Shown piece after piece: positions 1 to 7,919 of a stretch of DNA of 32,000 bases (positions within the stretch are counted from its first letter, which is position 1; each line of letters begins with the position of its first letter). The notes under the pieces were generated by a model, which saw only the letters and a list, made by a program, of their open reading frames with translations, was not told the origin of the DNA and searched no databases. Source of the stretch: Acaryochloris thomasi RCC1774 (GTDB taxonomy: Bacteria > Cyanobacteriota > Cyanobacteriia > Thermosynechococcales > Thermosynechococcaceae). Both the position numbers and the translations under genes were made by a program. The stretch lies in the NCBI RefSeq assembly GCF_003231495.1, contig NZ_PQWO01000001.1, forward strand, positions 540,001 through 572,000, given 5' to 3'.

Positions 1-100
1 GGGAAACCTGTTAAAGGCGCTAAGTTTCAAGGTAGCTCACTCATTATTTCCTTTTAACCCAACAAAATCGCTCAAGACTTGAACCATTGAGTCTATAAAT

Positions 101-128
101 AAAATCTAAATATACTTGCCGTTCCAGG
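101..128 (+). promoter_or_regulatory. Conserved 28-nt non-coding block upstream of peroxidase paralog A (partner at 3502..3529)
   Basis: AAAATCTAAATATACTTGCCGTTCCAGG here vs AAAATCTAAATTTACTTGCCGTTCCAGG at 3502..3529, 27/28 identical. Both lie about 520-540 nt upstream of their ATG (640 and 4025). Function unknown. Confidence 0.5.
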
Positions 129-639
129 ACTAATAGCGATACTGTATCCTTAGCTATCTGTTCGATAGACGTATAAGGTGCTGGAACATGCTTTCAGTCC
201 TGAATGTCATTGAGCAATAGGATTACCTTAAAGAAATTAAGCTTTAAGGGTTGAGGGTGTTATCTGAGACATTATCAGCATCAATGACTGGCATACAGTT
301 GGGGGTATGGCAATTAGTCATTGTCTTCAAATAGGGGTGTTACCAAGTTATTTAAGCTAATCCAACGTCCAAGTGGATAAGGCAGTTGAGCAGTCTCTCA
401 ATCTGCTTTTTACACAGATGGTTCAAGTTTTATAAGCATAGCTACACAGCAGGCAGTCTTATTCCTGCTGTCTTGACCAGGAGAACTTATTGCTGTTCTC
501 CTCGGTTCCTTTATTCTTGTGCACTGACTTAAGGTTGATGCGCGTAGGCTCTGCTGTCCACAGGCTGAAAAGTATGGGGGTGAAGAGCCTACGCGGCAGA
601 ATTTCATGCTGTGAGTTTTTTCTATCGAGGTCTAAGTTA

Positions 640-3075
640 ATGACTGACATATTCAGTTCTGATTTATTTGACTCTGCTCCCAAGAGCATCATGGGGCAGA
701 GCAACTTAAGCGCAGAAACAGTTGAGGTAGAAGAAGCCTCTTCAGGTCTAGAGTTTCGCTCCATCAACGGTTCTGACAATAATGATACAAATACAGGCGT
801 CACCGGCGAGCAACTTTTGCGCCTCTTCACGAATGCTTTTGAAGACGGTATCAGTACACCACGTGGGGGAGACTTTCCCAATCCCTTCGATCCCTCAAGT
901 CCGCCTTCATCCCTTCCCAATCCTCGTACTATCAGTAATACAATCGCTGCTCAATCAGAGTCAGTCTCTAATTTTCTGAATGCCAGTGATTGGATATGGC
1001 AGTGGGCACAATTCATCGATCATGACCTCGATTTAAACGAGTCAACCGCAGACAACCCTGGTGAATTCACACCCATTGTGGTTCCAAATGGCGATCCCAC
1101 ATTCTCTGATGGAACATTTCTGCCCTTTTTGAGAGTAGGGGCTTCAGAAGGAACCGGCATCAATAATCCCCGCCAGGCCGACAATCTAATTACCAGCTTT
1201 ATTGATGCTTCCAGTGTGTATGGCTCTGATGAAGAGCGGGGCGACTTTTTACGTTCCTTTGCAAATGGGCAGCTCAAATTCTCAGAAACCAACAATGGCG
1301 AAGTCCTCTTGCCAGAGAATCCTGATGAAGGAACGGGAGAAAGGCAAGAAAATGCCACAGGTGGAACCCTCGGTGACTTCCAGTATGTTGCCGGAGATAT
1401 TCGAGCGAATGAGCAAATTGGCTTAACAGCAGTTCACACCTTGTTCGTGCGTGAACATAATCGTCTTGCGGCAGATCTTCTTGACCGCCTAGAAGCAGGT
1501 GAAGCAGCATTAGTCGAAAAGTTTGAGCAGTTCACAGAGACCAGCGACGAAACAGATAGCGATGCTCTGCAGGATGAGTTTATTTACCAAGCAGCCCGCA
1601 AGGTTGTAGGGGCCAAGATCCAGCAAATTACCTATGATGAATTCCTACCTCTGTTGATTGGTGAAGGAACAACAGCAGAGTACGACGGCTATAAATCTGA
1701 TGTGCTGGCATCCATCAGTACAGAGTTTGCTAATGCAGCCTACCGTGTGGGTCACACCTTACTATCGGATCAAATACAGCGCCTGAGTACAAATGGCCTC
1801 AGCGAGATTGCGTTAGGCGATGCTTTCTTTATCCCCGAACAAATCAAAGACGAGGGCGTTGATTCAACCCTACGCGGTTTAATCCTCCAAGCTTCACAAG
1901 AGGCAGATAATCTTGTCATTGATGGGGTGCGGAACTTCCTATTCGAGGCAGGGACCGGAGGGCTTGATCTAGCCTCTGTAAATATTGCAAGAGGGCGTGA
2001 TACCGGCTTACCTGGCTATGTTGAAGTCTATGAAGCCCTTTTCGGCACCAGCATCGATAGCTTTGATGATCTCGGATCTTCGGGCCTAGGGCTCATAGCA
2101 GATGATGTCGTTGCTCTCTTTGAAGAAGCTTATGAAACAGTCGACCAAATTGACCTCTGGATTGCAGGCATCTCTGAGCAGGCGGATGATCATGGTGGTC
2201 TTCTTGGCCCAACCTTTAGCGCTATCATTGCTGAGCAGTTTGCTCGAACGCGTGATAGCGATCGATTCTTCTATCTCAATGAGCTAGAAGACATCCAGTT
2301 ATTAGATCCTGATTTCGCCAATACCAGTCTTTCTGAGGTACTGCGTGGCAACACTGAAGAGGGCTATCTCATTCAAGACAATGCCTTTGACGTTCCCTAT
2401 GAAAATTCAGTCGTCGGGAATGAATCGAATAATATTTTGTTAGGAACTAACGTTGCTGATTTAATCGATGGCAAAGAGGGACGCGATTTTATCATTGGTC
2501 GTCGGGGTGACGACATTCTCTTAGGCGATGCCGGTAATGACGTGCTCATGGGCGGTCAAGGAAATGACACCGTTCTAGGCGGACTTGGACAAGATCGTAT
2601 CCTCGGTAGCCTCGGTAACGATGTGCTTCTGGGGGGGGATGATAAGGACATCATCAGTGGTGGCTCCGGGAACGACACTGTTTCAGGAGGTAACGGTAAT
2701 GATCGGCTATTGGGCATTCGAGGGAATGACTTGATTCTAGGTAATGCTGGCAACGACTTACTTGCAGGTGGCGGGGGGGCTGATTCCCTGGAAGGTGGAG
2801 TTGGTAGCGACACTCTTCGGGGTGGAGCAGCATCCGACACCTTCATATTCAGTGATGATATCCTCAATGATGGCGTATCTGATACAGACACAATCTGGGG
2901 TTTCCAGCGCTTTGATAGCTTTGATTTTACCGAGTATAGTGGCTCCATTGACTTTAATCGAGTAAGCAGACGACTGCTAGAGATTGAACTCAATGGTGGT
3001 GAAGATACCATCAATATATTTGGCAGTCGCGCTGGATTGAATGCAGCACAGACGCAACTTTCAGAGCGAGCCTAG
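640..3075 (+). CDS. Animal-type heme peroxidase (peroxidase-cyclooxygenase superfamily) with C-terminal RTX Ca-binding repeats, paralog A
   Basis: Motifs FRSINGSDNN, WAQFIDHDLDL (distal His), GDIRANEQIGL..HTLFVREHNR and AAYRVGHTLL (proximal His), followed by about 12 GGxGxD nonapeptides. Start moved from ORF-track 490 to ATG 640 because paralog B aligns from MSDQLGS../MTDIFSS.. onward and a GAGG lies about 12 nt upstream. No N-terminal signal peptide. Confidence 0.9.
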   Translation: MTDIFSSDLFDSAPKSIMGQSNLSAETVEVEEASSGLEFRSINGSDNNDTNTGVTGEQLLRLFTNAFEDGISTPRGGDFPNPFDPSSPPSSLPNPRTISNTIAAQSESVSNFLNASDWIWQWAQFIDHDLDLNESTADNPGEFTPIVVPNGDPTFSDGTFLPFLRVGASEGTGINNPRQADNLITSFIDASSVYGSDEERGDFLRSFANGQLKFSETNNGEVLLPENPDEGTGERQENATGGTLGDFQYVAGDIRANEQIGLTAVHTLFVREHNRLAADLLDRLEAGEAALVEKFEQFTETSDETDSDALQDEFIYQAARKVVGAKIQQITYDEFLPLLIGEGTTAEYDGYKSDVLASISTEFANAAYRVGHTLLSDQIQRLSTNGLSEIALGDAFFIPEQIKDEGVDSTLRGLILQASQEADNLVIDGVRNFLFEAGTGGLDLASVNIARGRDTGLPGYVEVYEALFGTSIDSFDDLGSSGLGLIADDVVALFEEAYETVDQIDLWIAGISEQADDHGGLLGPTFSAIIAEQFARTRDSDRFFYLNELEDIQLLDPDFANTSLSEVLRGNTEEGYLIQDNAFDVPYENSVVGNESNNILLGTNVADLIDGKEGRDFIIGRRGDDILLGDAGNDVLMGGQGNDTVLGGLGQDRILGSLGNDVLLGGDDKDIISGGSGNDTVSGGNGNDRLLGIRGNDLILGNAGNDLLAGGGGADSLEGGVGSDTLRGGAASDTFIFSDDILNDGVSDTDTIWGFQRFDSFDFTEYSGSIDFNRVSRRLLEIELNGGEDTINIFGSRAGLNAAQTQLSERA
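2443..2850 (+). repeat. Coding RTX / hemolysin-type nonapeptide repeat block (27-nt periodicity) inside paralog A
   Basis: GKEGRDFII GRRGDDILL GDAGNDVLM GGQGNDTVL GGLGQDRIL GSLGNDVLL ... GGAASDTFIF. Confidence 0.9.
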
Positions 3076-3081
3076 ACTAAA

Positions 3082-3125
3082 GAGCTTCAGCAAGCCCTTT
3101 AATCTATCTGAAGCTCGTCTTTTAA
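3082..3125 (+). terminator. Hairpin plus U-rich tail after paralog A
   Basis: gagcttcag (3082-3090) pairs with ctgaagctc (3108-3116), followed by gtcttttaag. A homologous hairpin follows paralog B. Confidence 0.6.
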
Positions 3126-3140
3126 GACTACTCTTTTTAA

Positions 3141-3171
3141 GAAGCCTCAAAGCCTATCTCTTTGAGGCTTC
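3141..3171 (+). terminator. Second strong hairpin after paralog A
   Basis: gaagcctcaaag (3141-3152) pairs with ctttgaggcttc (3160-3171), a 12-bp perfect stem. There is no clear U tail. Confidence 0.45.
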
Positions 3172-3501
3172 TCGCATATGTCAATCATGCAAAACCAATT
3201 CTATACATCACAGAAACAGAGAGTTGAAGCGCAGAATAGATTAAACAAGTGCCTAATCGCTAGTTTTGAAGTTCATGTTTACTCAATTTTGCCTTTAATT
3301 ATTGATAGAGATTAACCTCAGCTTGACTTGAGCTGTTTGAAGTTCCATTTACACTAAACTCTGGGACTATCTACAGAAGGTATTCAGACGCTGGGATTTC
3401 ACCAAGACTGACAATATAGGATTGCCTAAGTAAGGCTCCCTCCTTGCTCTCTCAGTAAAGTTCAGGATGAAGCCAAGCCTGAACAAGCAGTCAGTCACAA
3501 C

Positions 3502-3529
3502 AAAATCTAAATTTACTTGCCGTTCCAGG
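3502..3529 (+). promoter_or_regulatory. Conserved 28-nt non-coding block upstream of peroxidase paralog B (partner of 101..128)
   Basis: 27/28 identity to 101..128, although the surrounding non-coding DNA has diverged. Confidence 0.5.
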
Positions 3530-4024
3530 GTTGATGAGGTTAAGCTAATTTTAGATTCAAGCTAAAGTACAAAACAGTATTGGAACTCTTTTCCATTTTT
3601 TGCAGTCTTTAGGACTACTGCTGCTTTGAATTCTAAGGGTGTTATCTGACAGACCATTCATATCCATGGTGGTTTATCAATTGGGGATATGGCTACTAGC
3701 CATTTGTTTTTCCAGTGTTATTTCAAAGCTGTTGAAGCTAGCCTTCAGGCACAGCATCTGAGATTTACGGGGGTTATCTCAGCTTGCTTCTGAAAGCAAA
3801 GTTTAAATTTTTACAAACGTAACTTAAGCAGAATACTAACTTTTGGTTAGTGATTTGCTGATGCGGGAAGAACCTATCGGTGTTCTTTTCATGTCTTTAC
3901 TTTTGCGAGTTGATGCCAAGTAAGTGCATCTAAATCTTGCTGTCTGAGTTTTGAAAACTCTGGACGGAGAGTTTGACTCGTTTATTCCGTGTTGTGAGTT
4001 CTTTATCTTTTGAGGTTTAAATTA

Positions 4025-6352
4025 ATGAGTGATCAGCTAGGTTCTAATTTACTAGATTCTGCTCCTGGGAGTATCATGGGTCAGCAGAATTTGACTGTAG
4101 AAACAGTTGAGGTAGAAGAAGCAACTGCTGGGCTAGAGGGACTAGAATTCCGCTCCATTGACGGTTCCGGCAACAATATTGACGACTCCGAATTGGGTAC
4201 CCCCCATACCCAGCTTCGACGTTTAAGCGATGCAGACTATGACGACGGGATTTCGACTCCTCGTAGTATTGCTTCTGATAACAGTACTGAGTTGCCAAGT
4301 GCTCGCGCTATTAGCAACAGCGTCGCTTCTCAATCCGGCTCAGTGTTGAACTCTCTGGGTCTCAGCGATTGGTTTTGGCAATGGGGGCAATTCCTCGATC
4401 ACGATATTGACCTAACAGAAGGTGGGGAGGTTGCAGAACCCTTCAATATTAGTGTGCCCATGGGTGACCAACACTTCGACCCATTCAATACCGGAACAGC
4501 ACAAATTGAGCTTAACCGGTCTGTCTTCGACGAGCATACGGGTACAGAAAATCCACGCCAACAGATCAACGAGATCACAACCTATATCGATGGTTCGATG
4601 GTCTATGGTTCAGATCAAGAACGTGCCGATGCACTACGTTCTAACGACGGCACCGGACGTCTTAAGACATCTGAAGGCGATTTACTGCCGTTTAACGAAG
4701 GTGGCTTTGGCAATGCAGGTGGCGATAGCGCTGACCTATTTTTAGCCGGTGATATCCGCGCCAATGAACAAATTGGCCTGACATCAGTACACACGTTGTT
4801 CGTACGTGAGCACAATCGCATTGCAGATAGTCTTCTAGAAAGAATCGAAAGTGGTGACAGCACCGTTGTACAAAAGCTAAATGCTTTCTTATCTGAGAAT
4901 GCAGAGGCAACTGAAGGTGACTTTGTCTACGAATCTGCCCGCAAGCTCATTGGCGCTAAGATTCAGATGATTACCTATAACGAGTTTCTACCCCTCATGC
5001 TGGGTGGACCACTCGCTGCCTATGGCGGCTATGACTCCAGCGTAGATCCCAGCATTGCCAATGAGTTCTCAACGGCAGCATTCCGCTTCGGCCACACGAT
5101 GCTGTCCCCTCAACTGCAGCAGTACGATGCCAATGGTAGCCTGGGCAGTACCGCACTACAGGATGCTTTCTTTCGACCCACTCTGGCTCAAGATGGCGGT
5201 GTAGAATCCTTCCTCTTAGGACTGGGTCTGCAGCAGGCTCAAGAAGTCGATACGCTAGTAATTGACGATGTCCGTAACTTCCTGTTTGGGCCTCCTGGAG
5301 CCGGTGGCTTTGATCTTGTTTCTCTCAACATTCAGCGAGGACGGGATCACGGTTTACCTGCCCTTAATGATGTTCGCGACAGCTTGGGTCTCTCTACGTA
5401 CGATAGCTTCCTTGATTTGGCCGGTGGCGATGCAGACCTTGCCGCTAAATTCGAAAGTGTTTACGCCTCGGTCGATGACGTTGATCTATGGATCGGTGGA
5501 CTAGGTGAACAGCACGTCAATGGCGGTGTATTGGGCGAGACCTTCAACACTATCGTGGCGGATCAGTTTACGCGGCTACGAGATGGCGATCGCTTTTTCT
5601 ACGCCAACGATTTAGAAAGTCTCGAGTGGCTAGATGCCGACATCGCTGACACGACCTTTGCTGACATCATCCGGGACAACACCGAGAGTTCCCTTCTCGT
5701 TCAAGATAATCCCTTTCAAGTTCCTTACAAAAACACAATTTCCGGCGATGAGTCACGCAATGCCTTAGTCGGCACTAATCAGCATGATCTCGTTGATGGT
5801 GAAGCTGGAAGTGACAATATCAATGGCTTTTGGGGGAATGATATTGTCCTGGGTGGTAACGGAGCTGATGTGCTCTTTGGTAGTTACGGCAACGACACCC
5901 TCGTCGGTGGTTTAGGTGCTGATACAATCTCTGGCAGCTGGGGTTCTGATGCCCTTATGGGAGGCGATGCCAATGATCTCCTCCGCGGTGGCGCTGGATA
6001 TGACACCCTCGTCGGCGGGATCGGTAAAGACATTCTCTCAGGCGGCAATGGTGTAGATCACCTTGAAGGTGAGGCCGGTAGCGACACCCTATATGGCGGT
6101 CGTGGTGCAGATCTGTTCATCTTCAGTGATGCTCTCCTTGAAGATGGCTTTTCAGATACTGATGTCATTATTGGCTTCCAGAAAATTGATACTTTTGATT
6201 TCAGTGACTACAGTGGCTCAATTGATGTCAATCGAGTCAGCCACGGTTTACTTGAAATTGAACTCAACGGTGGCGAAGATACGATTAACGTTTTCGGAAA
6301 TCGTGCTGCTATCAACGTGGCTCAGGCGCAGCTTTCAGATCTATTAGCCTAG
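4025..6352 (+). CDS. Animal-type heme peroxidase with C-terminal RTX repeats, paralog B
   Basis: Motifs FRSIDGSGNN, WGQFLDHDIDL, GDIRANEQIGL..HTLFVREHNR and AAFRFGHTML, then about 12 GGxGxD repeats. The C-terminal roughly 60 aa closely match paralog A (..LLEIELNGGEDTIN.FG.RA..). ATG 4025 is preferred over the TTG at 4010. Confidence 0.9.
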   Translation: MSDQLGSNLLDSAPGSIMGQQNLTVETVEVEEATAGLEGLEFRSIDGSGNNIDDSELGTPHTQLRRLSDADYDDGISTPRSIASDNSTELPSARAISNSVASQSGSVLNSLGLSDWFWQWGQFLDHDIDLTEGGEVAEPFNISVPMGDQHFDPFNTGTAQIELNRSVFDEHTGTENPRQQINEITTYIDGSMVYGSDQERADALRSNDGTGRLKTSEGDLLPFNEGGFGNAGGDSADLFLAGDIRANEQIGLTSVHTLFVREHNRIADSLLERIESGDSTVVQKLNAFLSENAEATEGDFVYESARKLIGAKIQMITYNEFLPLMLGGPLAAYGGYDSSVDPSIANEFSTAAFRFGHTMLSPQLQQYDANGSLGSTALQDAFFRPTLAQDGGVESFLLGLGLQQAQEVDTLVIDDVRNFLFGPPGAGGFDLVSLNIQRGRDHGLPALNDVRDSLGLSTYDSFLDLAGGDADLAAKFESVYASVDDVDLWIGGLGEQHVNGGVLGETFNTIVADQFTRLRDGDRFFYANDLESLEWLDADIADTTFADIIRDNTESSLLVQDNPFQVPYKNTISGDESRNALVGTNQHDLVDGEAGSDNINGFWGNDIVLGGNGADVLFGSYGNDTLVGGLGADTISGSWGSDALMGGDANDLLRGGAGYDTLVGGIGKDILSGGNGVDHLEGEAGSDTLYGGRGADLFIFSDALLEDGFSDTDVIIGFQKIDTFDFSDYSGSIDVNRVSHGLLEIELNGGEDTINVFGNRAAINVAQAQLSDLLA
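5771..6124 (+). repeat. Coding RTX nonapeptide repeat block inside paralog B
   Basis: GEAGSDNIN GFWGNDIVL GGNGADVLF GSYGNDTLV GGLGADTIS ... GGRGADLFIF. Confidence 0.9.
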
Positions 6353-6360
6353 AAGGCTCT

Positions 6361-6398
6361 GCTTCAAGGTGTTTCAAATCTATCTTGAAGTTGCTTTC
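6361..6398 (+). terminator. Hairpin plus U-rich tail after paralog B (homolog of 3082..3125)
   Basis: cttcaag (6362-6368) pairs with cttgaag (6384-6390), followed by ttgctttct. Compared with copy A (cttcag/ctgaag), both arms changed together. Confidence 0.55.
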
Positions 6399-6429
6399 TA
6401 CGCTGTGACTTGAGATTCAAGATTATTCA

Positions 6430-6468
6430 AAGACGACTCAGGGGGCATCCCTCTGAGTCGTCTTTATT
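6430..6468 (+). terminator. Rho-independent-type terminator
   Basis: aagacgactcag (6430-6441) pairs with ctgagtcgtctt (6452-6463), followed by tattg. Confidence 0.6.
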
Positions 6469-6515
6469 GTGAACGTGGCACCAATCTCACGCTAATATGG
6501 CGTTTATAGAGGCAT

Positions 6516-6589
6516 GGGGCTGTGGCTCAGATGGATAGAGCAAGCGCCTCCTAAGCGCTAGGTCGGCGGTTCGAATCCGCCCAGTCCCG
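6516..6589 (+). tRNA. tRNA-Arg (anticodon CCU), CCA not encoded
   Basis: Hand-folded cloverleaf. Acceptor GGGGCTG/CAGTCCC (one G-U pair), D arm GCTC..GAGC, anticodon arm AGCGC-CTCCTAA-GCGCT, T arm GGCGG-TTCGAAT-CCGCC, discriminator G, followed by tttt. Confidence 0.9.
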
Positions 6590-6887
6590 TTTTTAGGCTT
6601 GATGTAATGCTGGTCCTCCATTTGCGAGCGGCTCTCTTCGACGAATGGAGTCAGTCGCCGTATTGCAAAGCAGCGATTCAGAAAACTAAAACCAACCTTT
6701 GCAGGAGAATCGGTTGTTCAGTATCGTTTGCTGACTTTGAGCGTCTAGGAATAGGCTCACGTTTCCCGACTTTAAGAAAAAATTCGATATTTATATCCCA
6801 TTTTTGAGTAGAATCGGCTACACTTGCCAACGAACTGAGTCCGCTTGACAAGAAATCTGAAGTGTGAGGGATCGGGGTTAAAACAGC

Positions 6888-7913
6888 ATGATGGATCTAA
6901 CGTTTTTAATACAGAAGGCGGGCGACCGAGAATGGTTGCCTTTAGAATCTCCTACCGTTGAAGTGTTGGAGGGAAGATATCATTTAATAGCCCATGCGAC
7001 TCAACTTGATCAGCCCCTAGATATTCAGATTCGCCATCGTTATGAAAACAACGGTGTTCTCCAGGAAGAGCGTCAACAGCATCGGCAGAAACCCGACGTC
7101 CATGGCAATCTGAGCCTTTTACCAGATGCTTACTTGGGACATGGTCTTTGGACTTTAACCTGTACCTTTTTGGCGGACCAGACTAACGAGTACAGTCAGT
7201 CTATTAATCTTCAAGTGCTGGCAGAGGACTGTGATGCGATATCTGATTGGGAGTTTGTGGAAGCCACTCAAAATAGCTGGCCGCAGGTGCAAGAGATAGA
7301 CGCTACTGTCATGAGTGAGATTGCCAACCAGATTAATGCAGAAAAGAATTTCGTGGCTACCGGTGCAACAAAAAACGTTGGGTCACAAGCTGCTGACTGT
7401 GATCTGATAGATGTAGCGGACATTGTGCAAAGTGATATGGAGGAGAAGAGTAATGTTTCTTTCTCTATAGATTATTGCGAGGCAAGCCTCGTCGATACCC
7501 ATCATTTCCCTGCGATGGAGATAGACGAGGTCTCTGAACACCAGGACTTAGACGCTGTGAGTTTACCTGTTCTACCTCGGCAAAAACAGACTATTCAGTG
7601 TCAGCCGTCTCAAGGGACAACATTGCCGCCTCAGCTTTCTGCACATCAGATTACAGAACAGGACAAACGACCTTTAGACCTACCGGCATTCCCACGCGAT
7701 GTTCATTGGCGCTATATTCCCCTCAATAAGCTATCGGTGGGTATGCATCACAGGCAATTGATTCATCAAGCTCACTGCAACGACATTGAGCAAGCGTTTA
7801 CAGCCCTAGAGCTTCAGCAACGTTTCTGGCGGACAATGCATCAATTGATTGATCCTAGGGCTGCTCAAACTAACTCTGAGCCTGTATCTGTGTTCACGCG
7901 CACGGCTGACTAA
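6888..7913 (+). CDS. Hypothetical protein, 341 aa, no domain recognised
   Basis: Long ORF with an ATG start. The central part is acidic and Q-rich. I recognise no motif. Confidence 0.6.
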   Translation: MMDLTFLIQKAGDREWLPLESPTVEVLEGRYHLIAHATQLDQPLDIQIRHRYENNGVLQEERQQHRQKPDVHGNLSLLPDAYLGHGLWTLTCTFLADQTNEYSQSINLQVLAEDCDAISDWEFVEATQNSWPQVQEIDATVMSEIANQINAEKNFVATGATKNVGSQAADCDLIDVADIVQSDMEEKSNVSFSIDYCEASLVDTHHFPAMEIDEVSEHQDLDAVSLPVLPRQKQTIQCQPSQGTTLPPQLSAHQITEQDKRPLDLPAFPRDVHWRYIPLNKLSVGMHHRQLIHQAHCNDIEQAFTALELQQRFWRTMHQLIDPRAAQTNSEPVSVFTRTAD

Positions 7914-7919
7914 ATTGAC

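Noticed and set aside
490-639. N-terminal 50-codon extension of peroxidase A given by the ORF track (MLFSSVPLFLCTDLRLMRVG..)
   Set aside because: Paralog B has no equivalent. Homology between the two proteins begins at MTDIFSS/MSDQLGS. The extension also runs through the 12-bp inverted repeat. ATG 640, with an upstream GAGG, is the better start.
2443-2850. Regular 27-nt periodic repetition that could be mistaken for a CRISPR-like or tandem DNA repeat (also at 5771..6124)
   Set aside because: The periodicity is the coding image of RTX nonapeptides (GGxGxDxUx) inside an intact ORF. There are no spacer-like unique segments.
2556-3014. 152-aa minus-strand ORF, plus similar antisense or out-of-frame ORFs at 459..920, 1020..1358, 4615..4863, 9992..10516, 11535..11819, 14998..15342, 24009..24533, 25618..25896 and 31584..31925
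   Set aside because: These are shadow ORFs lying fully inside strongly supported genes. Their composition is Pro/Ser/Arg-rich, typical of reverse-frame translation, and they have no motifs.
3041-3244. 67-aa ORF in the inter-paralog spacer (and the 66-aa ORF at 6607..6807 after the tRNA)
   Set aside because: The first starts inside the upstream gene's 3' end and spans both terminator hairpins. The second overlaps no conserved signal. Neither has a motif or an RBS.
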